Below, piece after piece: positions 19,635 through 30,500 of a stretch of 64,000 bases of DNA. A model generated the notes under the pieces. It worked only from the letters and a program-made list of their open reading frames with translations, did no database searches and had not been told where the DNA came from. The DNA lies in NCBI GenBank assembly GCA_965649205.1, contig CBFGJV010000006.1, positions 26,015 to 90,014 on the forward strand, given 5' to 3'. This DNA is from a candidate division WOR-3 bacterium (GTDB taxonomy: Bacteria; Hydrothermota; Tepidihabitantia; Tepidihabitantales; Tepidihabitantaceae). The number at the start of each line of letters is the position of its first letter. The stretch's first letter is position 1. Both the position numbers and the translations under genes were made by a program.

Positions 19635-20812
19635 ACAAATTAACAGTTAGAGACTTAGACGTACGGGCAAAACGCGTCTTTCTGCGCGTAGATTTCAATG
19701 TGCCCATGTCAGAAAATGGCCGGATACGTGACTTGGCACGTATTGTGGCCGCTCTGCCAACACTACAGTATCTCTTGGACCACGGAGCTGGGGTAATTCT
19801 GGCTTCCCATCTGGGTAAAGCCAAAGGCAGACCAGACCCCAGATATTCGTTGCACCCTATTCTACCAGTAATAGCCCAGCTGGTAGGTAGCCCGGTCGGC
19901 TATACCCCGGTCTATACTGGTGAAAACGCCGCTCAGGTAAGAGCCAGAGCCTTACCGGGCACTGTAACGTTACTAGAAAACCTACGTTTCCACCCCGGAG
20001 AAACAGCCAATGACCCCGGTTTCGCTAAGGAGCTGGCTTCCCTTGCCGACCTGTATGTCAACGACGCCTTTGGCGCCGCCCATCGCGCCCATGCGTCCAC
20101 AGTAGGGGTACCGAAGTTCTTTGGTCAGCCAGCAGCCGGTCTACTCATGGAAACAGAAATCTGTCGCCTTTCTCGCCTTCTCAATAATCCAGCCAGACCC
20201 TTTGTGGCCATAATCGGGGGGTCTAAAATATCTGACAAGGCCGGAGTACTTGCCAAGCTGCTTCCTCAGCTTGATCAAGCCATAATCGGCGGTGCAGCGG
20301 CTTTCAACTTCCTCAAAGCCCGAGGCATAAGTATAGGACGCTCTCTTTGGGAACCAGAGATTAGCGACACACTTGCCCCTCTCGCTCACGACCCCAAGCT
20401 AGTACTGCCCACCGATGTGGTAGTAAGCACCAGTCCGGACAACGAAGCCGGCGCCCTGGTTGTACCGGTAACGCGCATACCAGACGACCGCATGGGCCTA
20501 GACATCGGACCGCAATCTGCCGAGTTGTTTACCAAGGTACTACAGAAAGCCCAGACTATCGTGTGGGCAGGTCCGATGGGCGTGTTCGAACGGACAGCGT
20601 TTGCTTCCGGCACTCTGGCTGTAGCCAAAGCTATGGCCGAAGCAACGGAGAATGGCGCCAACACGGTAGTGGGAGGTGGCGACACAGGGGCTGCACTAAG
20701 CAAGTTCGGCTACGCACTCAAAATGACCCATGTTTCTACAGGCGGCGGCGCTTGCCTAGAATTTCTGCAGGGACGGGAACTTCCCGGGATAGCTGCACTG
20801 GCAGACAGGTGA
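19631..20812 (+). CDS. pgk: Phosphoglycerate kinase
   Basis: 393 aa. Contains RVDFNVP, the canonical PGK N-terminus, and GGGDT. Overlaps gap by 4 nt. Confidence 0.92.
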   Translation: MNKLTVRDLDVRAKRVFLRVDFNVPMSENGRIRDLARIVAALPTLQYLLDHGAGVILASHLGKAKGRPDPRYSLHPILPVIAQLVGSPVGYTPVYTGENAAQVRARALPGTVTLLENLRFHPGETANDPGFAKELASLADLYVNDAFGAAHRAHASTVGVPKFFGQPAAGLLMETEICRLSRLLNNPARPFVAIIGGSKISDKAGVLAKLLPQLDQAIIGGAAAFNFLKARGISIGRSLWEPEISDTLAPLAHDPKLVLPTDVVVSTSPDNEAGALVVPVTRIPDDRMGLDIGPQSAELFTKVLQKAQTIVWAGPMGVFERTAFASGTLAVAKAMAEATENGANTVVGGGDTGAALSKFGYALKMTHVSTGGGACLEFLQGRELPGIAALADR

Positions 20813-21579
20813 ATCCGAAAAGAATTCCTCTCATCGCCGCAAACTGGAAGATGCATTTTTCCGCCTCTGAGGCACGAGCCTTTATCATTACTCTCAAACC
20901 TTTTCTAAAGAATTTGCGTGATCGAGAAGTAGCTATCTTTCCCCAGTTTACCGCTATCGCTGCTGTCAGTGAAGAATTGCGTGACCCCAATATTACCTGC
21001 GGAGGTCAAGACCTGTACTGGGAAGCACAGGGACCTTACACCGGAGAAGTGTCTGCTTCCTCTCTTACTGACTTGGGCTGTGTTTATGTTCTCGTGGGTC
21101 ATTCAGAAAGACGCCGTCTTTTCGGCGAAACTGATGAAACTTGCCGACTCAAGATTCGCGCCGCACTCGGCGGCAAACTTACCCCAATTCTCTGCATAGG
21201 TGAAACTCTTGAGGAAAGAGAAACCGGCAATACGAAAATAGTATTAGAAAGGCAGATTAGAACCGCTCTTGCCGACGTTAATGAGCAAGACACGCTGGTC
21301 ATAGCCTATGAGCCGGTGTGGGCCATAGGCACCGGTCGCAATGCCAGTCCAGAACAAGCCCAGGAAATACATGCTTGGGCTAGGGAACTTATCGGTCAAA
21401 TCATCGGTTCCCACAGCGCCCAAGAAACGAGAATACTGTACGGCGGGTCGGTTAATCCTGCGAATATCGATGACCTGATGGCTCAACCAGACGTAGACGG
21501 CGTACTGGTGGGCGGAGCCAGTCTGGATGTTCAATCATTCAGCCGAATCGTATGGTTCCGTAAAACACCAGCAGTCTGA
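20809..21579 (+). CDS. tpiA: Triosephosphate isomerase (GTG start overlapping the pgk stop)
   Basis: Contains [14 protein letters not shown] and [11 protein letters not shown], the TIM signatures. The ORF-track ORF 20563-21579 is an upstream extension overlapping pgk in another frame and was trimmed to the GTG at 20809. Confidence 0.88.
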   Translation: MNPKRIPLIAANWKMHFSASEARAFIITLKPFLKNLRDREVAIFPQFTAIAAVSEELRDPNITCGGQDLYWEAQGPYTGEVSASSLTDLGCVYVLVGHSERRRLFGETDETCRLKIRAALGGKLTPILCIGETLEERETGNTKIVLERQIRTALADVNEQDTLVIAYEPVWAIGTGRNASPEQAQEIHAWARELIGQIIGSHSAQETRILYGGSVNPANIDDLMAQPDVDGVLVGGASLDVQSFSRIVWFRKTPAV

Positions 21580-21605
21580 AGCGAGTCTTTGCTCTGCTCC
21601 AACGA

Positions 21606-22364
21606 CTAGAAAATACTGATTCGAAAGTAACGCCTAGGATTTGACTTTATGTCTATAAGAAGAGACTGTAATTTTTCGTTTGTGGCCCTCAACTCCTGAT
21701 ATAGCTCTTCTGAGCGCAGCAACTTACCTAATGTGGAAGGTGCTTCCAGTAACCCAACTAAACTATCCAGACGACAAGATATGGCCTGCAAACTACGATC
21801 AGCCTCCTCCAGCCCGACGCCGAGCCGGTCTACCCCTACGGCGAAATTCCGAATCTCACAGGCGAAGCTATCCAGAAACAAACGGGCTTTTTCTTCTATA
21901 TCCTTTTCCAGAGAAACGGGGTCAAGACTCTCTAACATTCTGTCCAGCCGCAAGAAGGTACTTTCCAAGCTGAGCACCTCGTTTGTTCCCTCGAACACAT
22001 ATCCTGGTCTCGCCTCCGGCCCGGAACCTGTGGTAACCATTAAGTAGCGGTCACTACCCAGATAGCTTACGGACCTTATGGCAAACTTCGTATCCTCTGT
22101 AAGCTTCACGTCGCCATCAATGGCAACCACACATTTAACCTTGGCTTTCTCCAGCGTAAGCGCTAGGACTCTGCCTTTGGGCAACCCCCTCACCTCCACC
22201 GGATCACCTGCTCTGAGGCCGGACACATCGTCGAACATCACCACCACCCTATACCGTCTCGCCGAAACTATTCTCCCCGAAAGCCACAGATAGGCAGCTA
22301 CCCCAAGGCCAAAACCCAAAACCAGAAACATAACCACCATTACCTCACGTGCGGACTTGCTCAT
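21606..22364 (-). CDS. mlaD: MCE-family protein MlaD (lipid asymmetry maintenance)
   Basis: N-terminal TM followed by an MCE domain (VVVMFDDVSGLRAGDPVEVRGLPKGRV). Confidence 0.8.
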   Translation of the reverse strand: MSKSAREVMVVMFLVLGFGLGVAAYLWLSGRIVSARRYRVVVMFDDVSGLRAGDPVEVRGLPKGRVLALTLEKAKVKCVVAIDGDVKLTEDTKFAIRSVSYLGSDRYLMVTTGSGPEARPGYVFEGTNEVLSLESTFLRLDRMLESLDPVSLEKDIEEKARLFLDSFACEIRNFAVGVDRLGVGLEEADRSLQAISCRLDSLVGLLEAPSTLGKLLRSEELYQELRATNEKLQSLLIDIKSNPRRYFRISIF

Positions 22365-23043
22365 AATCCTCCTTTCTCACCTGACTCAAAGGCAATACTT
22401 TCCCCTCGCGCAACATCAGAACCTCATCAGCTACAGCCGTAACTGCTTCCAAATCGTGCGTCACCACTATCTCGGTTTTACCCTCTTCGCCTCGCAAACT
22501 GCCCAGAAGGCTACATATTCTCTCTCTCATTATCGGGTCGAGCCCGGAAGTGGGCTCATCAAGAAAAAGATAGCGTGGGTTCATTACTAGGGCTCGTGCC
22601 AGAGCTACCAACTTTATCATTCCGCCCGACAACTCCCTAGGCTTGAAATGGGCGCATCCCCGCATACCTACCTTTTCTAACGCCATGGCGACCCGTTGCT
22701 CTACAACTCTTTTGTCCAACCACTCGTTCTCTACCAGGGGTAGAGCTACGTTACCGAATACATCTAGAGAATCAAACAGCGCCCCTCCCTGAAATACAAA
22801 ACCGATCTGCTGTAATATACGTTGATTATCAGCAAAGGCTCCATAATGTATCGGCACGCCATCGTAACTTACTCCGCCCGTATCAGGCTTAAGCAGGCCC
22901 GTCATAATCCGAAGTAAAACACTCTTTCCCGCACCAGAGGCTCCCAGAATCACTAGAACGCGAGCATCAGCTACATTAAAGGTAACCCGATCCAGAACCA
23001 GACGAGAACCAAAACGCTTGGAAACTTCCCGTACTTCTACCAT
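22345..23043 (-). CDS. mlaF: ABC transporter ATP-binding protein MlaF
   Basis: Walker A GASGAGKS, signature LSGGM, Walker B LFLDEP. 232 aa. Confidence 0.85.
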   Translation of the reverse strand: MVEVREVSKRFGSRLVLDRVTFNVADARVLVILGASGAGKSVLLRIMTGLLKPDTGGVSYDGVPIHYGAFADNQRILQQIGFVFQGGALFDSLDVFGNVALPLVENEWLDKRVVEQRVAMALEKVGMRGCAHFKPRELSGGMIKLVALARALVMNPRYLFLDEPTSGLDPIMRERICSLLGSLRGEEGKTEIVVTHDLEAVTAVADEVLMLREGKVLPLSQVRKEDYEQVRT

Positions 23044-23867
23044 GCCCTGAAGAATATTAGGGCCACGACAAAATCGACAGCCAGTATCATTATGGAAGAA
23101 CTTACCACCGCCTTTGTCGTTGCCCTTCCTACCTGTTCTGCCCCTCCCCTGACAGCAAATCCAGCATAACAGCCGTTGGTACCAATGACCAAACCAAATA
23201 TCAAGGCCTTCACCAAACCCCCGAAAAAATCTCGGTCAAGAAAGAAACGGGTGACACCATAGACGAAGGTATGGGACGAGATATTCAAAACCGTGGACGA
23301 TACCCAGAGTGCCATACCAAGTGCCACTACCTCCATGAACACCACAAACACGGGCAAAACCACTGTCAGAGCTACTATTCTTGGCAGACAGAGGAAACGG
23401 TACGGATTTACCCCCATAACCATAAGCGCATCAATCTGCTCCGAAACCCGCATCGAACCGAGTTCGGCCGCAATGGCAGAAGCCGATTTCCCCGCAACCA
23501 CAAAAGCACTGAAAACCGGCGCCAACTCAATCAGCACCAACCGCCCCACACCCATACCTACAAAGTACTTAGGCACTACTCCCAGTAACTGATAACTTGT
23601 CTGTACCGCGGTTGTAAGCCCCACAAATACCCCGGCTACAAGCAATATCGGCAAAGCCTCCAGTCCCTGCTGACAAATTTGCTCCACTACCCGCGGCCAA
23701 GTACGACGCAAATCCCAGGGTTGGAAAACAGTCTTAGCCAGAAAAACAATATATCTGGCGGGAACGCCGACCCAGCTCACAGGCGCTATGTTAGCTCCGC
23801 CCTTCCAGGTGTCAATTCCAGTGACAGTAATCTTCAGCCCGCTTGACAACAAAAAGAAAGCTGCCAA
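23037..23867 (-). CDS. mlaE: ABC transporter permease MlaE
   Basis: 276 aa, polytopic. The order mlaF-mlaE-mlaD on one strand with 4-20-nt overlaps is the conserved Mla core. TTG start. Confidence 0.85.
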   Translation of the reverse strand: MAAFFLLSSGLKITVTGIDTWKGGANIAPVSWVGVPARYIVFLAKTVFQPWDLRRTWPRVVEQICQQGLEALPILLVAGVFVGLTTAVQTSYQLLGVVPKYFVGMGVGRLVLIELAPVFSAFVVAGKSASAIAAELGSMRVSEQIDALMVMGVNPYRFLCLPRIVALTVVLPVFVVFMEVVALGMALWVSSTVLNISSHTFVYGVTRFFLDRDFFGGLVKALIFGLVIGTNGCYAGFAVRGGAEQVGRATTKAVVSSSIMILAVDFVVALIFFRAW

Positions 23868-24038
23868 GATTCTCTCATAGTACGCGATTTAGTCATAGAA
23901 GCCGCCTCACCCCACCTTGCGCAGATACAGTTTGTAGCTTCGGAATTAGTACGCAGAGGCTGGGCCGAAGCCAATGCCGGTAACTTTTCTATTCGCGTAA
24001 CTGAAATCCATCCACCTGGGAAATCCAAACATCCATTA

Positions 24039-25178
24039 GTGCCACCACGCCCAGCCTTGGCCAACCAGACTTTGCTCATCAAGCAAGCCGGGGGCAGAAT
24101 GCGCGACCTTGCTATCAACCCTTTACCCAACCTGTGTGTTATATCTATATCTGAAACTGGCGACACTTACGAGCTACTGGGTGATAGTCCACCATCGAGC
24201 GAACTTCCTGCTCATCTTGCCATTCACGAAACACTGCTACACTTTCGACCTGCCCACGTCTGCGTGCTGCACAGTCATCCCACTGCCCTTGTGGCCTTGA
24301 GCCTCCGTTATCCCGAACCGGAAAGTCTACTCGCTCTGCTTTTTCGAGCCCATGCAGAAATGTCATTGGTACGAGATGAGATTTACGCTCTACCCTTCTT
24401 GGCACCTGGCACTCAAGCGCTGGCCGAAGCTACCGGCAAAGCTTTCTGTAAACATTCGGGGGTCGTCTGGTCACGCCACGGCATGATTGCATCCGGCTCG
24501 GACCTGTATAAAGCGCTGGACCTACTGGAACTATGTGATAAAGCAGCCCAAATCTCCCTTCTTGCTGGTGCTCCCCCACCGGTTAGAAACGTTACCCCCC
24601 CCCCCAGCAAGCTATCTAAACGCGGCTTCCTCGCAGCAGACGGCCTGGAAACATTCTACGACGTTAAATCTCTTGACTCTACGCTGCCTTGGGAGGAATT
24701 CAAACGCCTACCTCGCATTCCGGTAAGCTTGGTACTAGATAACCTTCGTTCTGCCTTTAATGTCGGCTCCATTTTCCGTCTGGCTGATGCCGTACGTGTC
24801 AAGGAGATAATCACTTGTGGATATACCGCCCATCCTCCGCATCCAAAACTAGAACAAACCGCACTAGGTGCAACCGCCTTTGTTCCTTGGCGCGCTGTTC
24901 CTCAGACAACTACGGCTTTACAAGAACTCAAAGCAAATGGTGTACAAGTTGTGGCTCTGGAAACCGCAGCGAATGCACAGCCCTACGACCATTTTCCCTT
25001 CAGAGCACCGTTGGCATTAGTTTTAGGGAATGAAGCACTGGGAGTATCTCAATCCACCCTCCAGGCCTGCGAGGCAATAATTGCCCTGCCCGTATTCGGA
25101 TTTAAGAATTCCATCAATGTAGCGGCAGCCGCAGCAGTAGTACTGTACGACCTTGTCCGCCGATACCGCTGGCTCTGA
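24039..25178 (+). CDS. Fusion protein of a class II aldolase/adducin-like N-domain and a SpoU/TrmH-family 2'-O-RNA methyltransferase C-domain. Probably N-terminally extended to about 23880 with no canonical start codon
   Basis: The C-terminal domain has LVLDNLRSAFNVGSIFRLADA...LVLGNEALGVS...INVAAAAAVVLYDL (SpoU motifs). The N-terminal domain has the HSHP metal-binding motif of class II aldolases. The frame is open and conserved upstream (…ELVRRGWAEANAGNFSIRV, matching the aldolase GN(V/F)S motif) back to the stop at 23844. It contains no ATG, GTG or TTG. Confidence 0.7.
   Translation: MPPRPALANQTLLIKQAGGRMRDLAINPLPNLCVISISETGDTYELLGDSPPSSELPAHLAIHETLLHFRPAHVCVLHSHPTALVALSLRYPEPESLLALLFRAHAEMSLVRDEIYALPFLAPGTQALAEATGKAFCKHSGVVWSRHGMIASGSDLYKALDLLELCDKAAQISLLAGAPPPVRNVTPPPSKLSKRGFLAADGLETFYDVKSLDSTLPWEEFKRLPRIPVSLVLDNLRSAFNVGSIFRLADAVRVKEIITCGYTAHPPHPKLEQTALGATAFVPWRAVPQTTTALQELKANGVQVVALETAANAQPYDHFPFRAPLALVLGNEALGVSQSTLQACEAIIALPVFGFKNSINVAAAAAVVLYDLVRRYRWL
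24595..24605 (+). repeat. C11 homopolymer inside the aldolase-SpoU interdomain linker
   Basis: gttaCCCCCCCCCCCagc encodes TPPPS. This is the longest homopolymer noticed in the window. Confidence 0.6.
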
Positions 25179-25199
25179 CCTCCAAGACCAGCCAATCTC

Positions 25200-27542
25200 C
25201 TACGGAAGGACTAAGAAACTAACTTCCTCACTAGTATGCCCTGCCGCCAATAATCGCAACCTGTGTTTACCCGGTTCCAGACGCCAGAAGCAAGCATAAG
25301 GAGGCCCAACTACGGCCAATTCTCTTTCATCGAGTATCCATCTTGCTTCAGTAGCGCCGGCAGGTACAACCGCTCTGAAAAGAACTGCCTGAAATTCCCG
25401 GCTAAGGTCGGGGTCAATCTTGAACACATCTCCTTCGTCAGGGAAAAGCACAACCGGCTGTGAGCAAACTGTACGTGCCTGAGTTTGAGTTAAACCCGTC
25501 ACCGGAGGCAACGGCAAACCGTTGTCCGCCATCCAGGCCCAGTACTCCGGAGGATATACCTCATATACCTTATCCTGTATTAACAGATGAACCGAGCAAG
25601 TTTCTCTGGGCAGTCTGGAAGCAATGAATTTTTCCTGTACCGCTGCTGGACAATGTGGACCCGGGATTAAACCAGATTTGGGACACACCGCACACAACAC
25701 TATACCCGGAGGAAGGTCAAATCCGGAAGGCGAGCGTGTTTGCGCTGCCAGCATCACATCACGAAAAAGCGGACCGGCTCCTGTTACGCCCGAAACCCGG
25801 TGCATCGGCGAACCATCAAAGTTTCCCACCCATACACCTACCACATAATCGCGGGTGTAACCTACAGCCCAATTGTCCCGGTAATCCTTGGAGGTACCGG
25901 TTTTAACCGCACAAGGAAAAGGTAATGACAAACATGAGAACTGTCCAAAAGCGGGTGCACGTGCCTGATTATCGCAAAGAATATCTGTCACCAGATAAGC
26001 AGATTGGGGACTGAATACGCGAATCTGCGATCCACCAGTCCGCAATCCTGTTTCTGGTTCCGCATCAGACATTATCACCCGCACCTCTGAAAACTCTCCG
26101 TAGTTTGCCAGAACACGATATGCGTTTACCAGCTCCAGCAAACGTACATCACCCACCCCCAAACTCAGAGCCAAACCATAATAACCAGGTTCCCTCCGCA
26201 AACTGGTCAACCCACACTGACGAAGAACAGTAAGCAGACGGTCAACCCCCAGCTCCTCAGCAAGCCTCACGGCCGGAACATTGTAAGACGAACCAAGTGC
26301 CACCCGGCAACTCACAGGACCGCGAAATTGTCGGTCATAGTTACGGGGCACAAAATCGCCGGCCAGTTCTGCAAAATGGCCAGGCAAGTCAGGTACTATC
26401 GCGGCTGGAGACTTTTCCTGTTCAAATGCAAGGGCGTAAACAAAAGGCTTCAACGCCGAACCTGGCTGCCGCAGGCTCAAGCAAGCATTCACCTGCCCGG
26501 CATCCGGGGAAAAATAATCCCTTGAACCTACCATGGCCAAGACCTCCCCGGTAGCACGATCAAGAACCACGACAGCAGCGTTGGTAACGTGGTAGGAAGC
26601 AAATTGCCGCAGATGCACCTCAACCAAATCCTCACACTGCTGCTGAAGTCGGTAGTCGAGGGTAGTACGGAGCAGACGTTCTCTACCTCGCCAAGCTCCC
26701 TTTGGAAGACCTGTAGAAAGAACAAAATCAACGAAATGAGAGGCTTTGAATGGCCTGCGAGGACGACATGGTGTAATGCTTTCAGCCAACGCCGCCTCAA
26801 AATCAGAAAGTTTTATCCGGCGCCGTGCCAGCAGATTTTCCAAAATCCACCGTTGTCTTCGGCGACACCTTTCAAAGTGACGATATGGGTCACACTCTCC
26901 AGGTGAACGCAGCACTCCAGCCAGGAAACACGCCTGCGCCAGCGACAAACGGTCAGCGCTTCGATTGAAATAGGTCCGGGCAGCAGCATCAATACCATAG
27001 AGTTGGTTACCGAACCAGACCCGATTCACATACGCTTCCAAAATCTCCCGCTTCGACAAATGAAGTTCTAGGCGTATTGCACCAAGCAGTTCGCCCAGTT
27101 TTGTCGCTATTCCCCGTCGCCCAGAATGACGCAGAACACGCACAAGTTGCTGGGTGATAGTTGAACCCCCTGACACTACCCGACCTGCCCGCAGATTTGT
27201 CAGCGTGGCACGCACCAAAGCCAGCAGATCCACTCCACAATGACGCCAGAATCTTCTGTCTTCCGCGACTATTACCGCTTCCACAAACCAAAGACTCACC
27301 TGGTCAAGTTCCACCCAGTGGTTCACGCCATATTCGGAAGAACAGACTTCCCTCAGTGGTTCTCCTCTGCGGTCGGTAACTACCAGTGTAGCCAGTTGCT
27401 CCCCGCGTACGTAGCTGCGGCTCAACGGCAATAACAAGAATAAACCAACGCCCAGCCATAACAGCTGAACTATACTACACCCTACGGCTAGGACTCCGAT
27501 GGTAACTGTGTGCCTAGCTGCGGTAAATTTTACTCTCCTCAC
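25200..27542 (-). CDS. pbpC: Penicillin-binding protein 1C (bifunctional glycosyltransferase/transpeptidase)
   Basis: N-terminal TM, GT51 motifs (EDRRFWRHCGVD, GGSTITQQL), a transpeptidase domain and a C-terminal PBP1C-type extension. Its start codon directly abuts the stop of the alpha-2-macroglobulin gene. Confidence 0.85.
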   Translation of the reverse strand: MRRVKFTAARHTVTIGVLAVGCSIVQLLWLGVGLFLLLPLSRSYVRGEQLATLVVTDRRGEPLREVCSSEYGVNHWVELDQVSLWFVEAVIVAEDRRFWRHCGVDLLALVRATLTNLRAGRVVSGGSTITQQLVRVLRHSGRRGIATKLGELLGAIRLELHLSKREILEAYVNRVWFGNQLYGIDAAARTYFNRSADRLSLAQACFLAGVLRSPGECDPYRHFERCRRRQRWILENLLARRRIKLSDFEAALAESITPCRPRRPFKASHFVDFVLSTGLPKGAWRGRERLLRTTLDYRLQQQCEDLVEVHLRQFASYHVTNAAVVVLDRATGEVLAMVGSRDYFSPDAGQVNACLSLRQPGSALKPFVYALAFEQEKSPAAIVPDLPGHFAELAGDFVPRNYDRQFRGPVSCRVALGSSYNVPAVRLAEELGVDRLLTVLRQCGLTSLRREPGYYGLALSLGVGDVRLLELVNAYRVLANYGEFSEVRVIMSDAEPETGLRTGGSQIRVFSPQSAYLVTDILCDNQARAPAFGQFSCLSLPFPCAVKTGTSKDYRDNWAVGYTRDYVVGVWVGNFDGSPMHRVSGVTGAGPLFRDVMLAAQTRSPSGFDLPPGIVLCAVCPKSGLIPGPHCPAAVQEKFIASRLPRETCSVHLLIQDKVYEVYPPEYWAWMADNGLPLPPVTGLTQTQARTVCSQPVVLFPDEGDVFKIDPDLSREFQAVLFRAVVPAGATEARWILDERELAVVGPPYACFWRLEPGKHRLRLLAAGHTSEEVSFLVLP

Positions 27543-30500
27543 TCACTTAATTTCTAGATACTGCTGACCAGTGTGGCCAAAAACCTCAGGTGTATACATT
27601 TCCTCCACCCGCGTGGGTGGAAGGAAAAATCTGCCGCTTGTAAGCGCTCTAACCCGATAAGTCTCCGTGTGCACACCCTTGGTAAGGTAAGTAGCCACCA
27701 GAAGGTAACGGTCATGGTATGTTTCTTCGTAGTTAAAGCCGCCCCACCACTGTTTGTTCGATTTCGTAGAAAGAGGTTGAGTCTGACGTTCAGTGGCAAA
27801 GGAAGTATTAACTATCTCCCAGCCCGCAGGCAGAGGGTCGTCCAGCACCACAAATATCCGGTCCTGAGCAGTGTGTACTTTCAAAGTTATGATATACTCT
27901 GCTCCGCGTACGTAACCTGATACCTTGCCCACGGGCCTGATAACTTTCTCTACTCGGAATCCCTGATCCTTGGCCTTTAGCTCGCCCTTGCGGGCATAAT
28001 AAAGCCTGAGTCCATAATACATTCTGCCCTGTCCCTTTCTGCTGATGTTTACTGGCAAGGTCGTTTTTGCCAAACTATCAATCGGCAGGAAACGACGAGC
28101 AGTCTTCAACGAACGACCAGAGAATACTGCACTGAGCACGTCTTTACCTGCAATCCTGACTGAAGCTCTGAAATTCGGCCTCTCCTTTTCATACGTGCGG
28201 TAGAAAGTTGCCAACGCATCAAAAACACAGGCATTTTCTTGGGTCGTACGCCAACGGCCAACCCTACGCTCCGCAATCAGCCACCTGACTATTTTCTCTG
28301 CAAACTCAATCTGCCCTTGATGTTCTAGTAGCGCTTGCAGTACCACAGCCGTGGTTCGCACATCTGAATGAAACAGCCATCCTCCTTCTCTTTCTTCCTC
28401 ATAGTGTGCCATAGTCGGCTCGAGCTTGAGTTTGTTATTCATCGCCCGTATAAGATTACTCCTTGCCTCCGCATATACAGACTTAGGAAGCAAAGCTAGC
28501 GTCTTCAACAGGTATGCTTTACCATACACTGACATTTGGTCAACTTGGTCAAGCAAGAAAGGTAGGTGAGATTCTACTTTCTCCCCCCATAGCGCAATTG
28601 CATACACAGCCAGACTGCGGGCAGTGAGATACTCATCTGTTGAATACGGCCAGTCTGTCCCACGTTTACCGTAGTTGAGCCAGTTCGTCAGGTAACTCTT
28701 GCCTCGCTCGCTAACCCGGGAAGCCACTTGGAAACCCTTCTTCTCTGCCAGTGCCAGAACGTACATGGTATAAGCTGAAAGCCAAGGAGAAGGCTTTTCG
28801 TAGGCATAAGACTCGAGGTCTGGCCAGAAGTAAAAGCCGCCAGATTCATCCTGGTATCTGCTTACCACATCCAATTCAGCCTGCACAAACTTACGCAAAG
28901 CCGAGCCCCGCAACTCAGACAAACCAAATTGGTTTATCACATCCTCCCCGACAATAAAAGGCAGTATTTTGCTCATCCGCTGCTCCAGACATTCATAAGG
29001 ATACGTACGCAAGAATTCCAGCCCTCTTTCCAGTCCTGTGAGTCCCGAAGAAGAAACTGCAACCTCCAGCCCCCCGACTCCCGCAAAGACGTCAGGCGGC
29101 ACACTCACCGTCTGTTGTATCACTGAATCCATTGTCTGCTCGTACAGAGCCACTGCTTCTGAAACTACAGAAGGTATTGCTGGCAAAGTTACACGCAACC
29201 TGTCCCTTGCTCCCTCCCCACTCGCCTCAAAGGTAAACTCTGCCTCGCCTGCACCGATACAAAGGTAGTCAAACACAACTTCCACAGGACGGTTCGGCTC
29301 TACTTCCACTTGCCGACTTGTACTGCCATCAATCCTCACTCCCTTGGCAGCTGTTGCTTTCACCGTAACTTTCATCTTCTTGTCAGTGCGATTGTGCACC
29401 ATTACGCCGGCCGAAAAACGGTCCTCAGGCCGTATGAAACGCGGTAAAGAACTCACCAGAAGCAGCGGTTTATTAGTCTGAAACTTGCTTTCGCCCGAAC
29501 CAAACTTGTCAACTGTTGCCGCCACGGCCATTATCTGCCAAGTGGTGAGATTATCTGGCACACGAAAACGGACACGAGCTCTGCCGTTCTCATCGCTTCT
29601 CAAAGACGGTATCCAAAGCGCCGTTTCGAGAAACTTCTGCCGGTAGGCATAATCATACCCACCATCAAGCCCTACCCCATCTAATCCGCCACCACCTGCA
29701 GCCTCACCTTTCTCACCGTAATTGCGCTGACCAATCACATGCAGCCTGGACTCAGCTGTTACCACCGAAAGAGATCGAGAGGCGTAAAACATACTGAACG
29801 GATCCGGCGTCCTGTAGCCAACCAGCTTTAAGACGCCAAGATCAACGACCGCAAGCGATACTTCTGAGCGAACTCCTCTACCTTTCTTGTCCAAGACTTG
29901 CAAGTCAATTTCTACCTCCTGCCCTGGCTGGTACTCGGTCCGCCCCGTTTTCACAACCACCGTCAACTTCTTGGCTTCCGGATCAACTGGCAACTCTACA
30001 TATCCAATCTTGAAGCCCGGTTTACCCAGGTCCTGGCCTTCGTCTCCAAAGCTGTTATAGGCAGTTCTCCCTTTCAGCAGAACTACCGAAACAAATACGT
30101 TGGGAAGATACTCTTCTTTTATCGGTATTCTGATCAAATCCGCATTGCCGCTAATCTCTGTTCCAAAGTAGTCCAGTACCAGCTCCCGCTCAACCGTCAC
30201 CATAGCCTTAACCCCGGTCCACGGTGATTTTACAAGTATCTTCGCAGTATCGCCTGGCTTATAAGCATTCTTATCCCTCACCAACTCAATCAGGTCGTCA
30301 TCTCGTATCATCCACGCAGCTTCGCCCTTGCCTGCAACCCAGAACTCCAGATCGGTTCTCGCAGTATTATTCCGTCTGTCTCTCATTTCACACTTGCACC
30401 AGTATTGACCTGGCTTGTCCGGTCTGAACCACTTGCGCACCGCTTCGGACTCTGTTCTGACCTCGAAAGTGGCTACTTTCTCGTCTACTTTCTCGCTCAA

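Noticed and set aside
20563-21579. A 338-aa ORF overlapping the last 250 nt of pgk
   Set aside because: Only the portion from the GTG at 20809 matches triosephosphate isomerase (IAANWKMH…[11 protein letters not shown]). The upstream part lies in a frame already occupied by conserved pgk sequence, so it was trimmed to tpiA.
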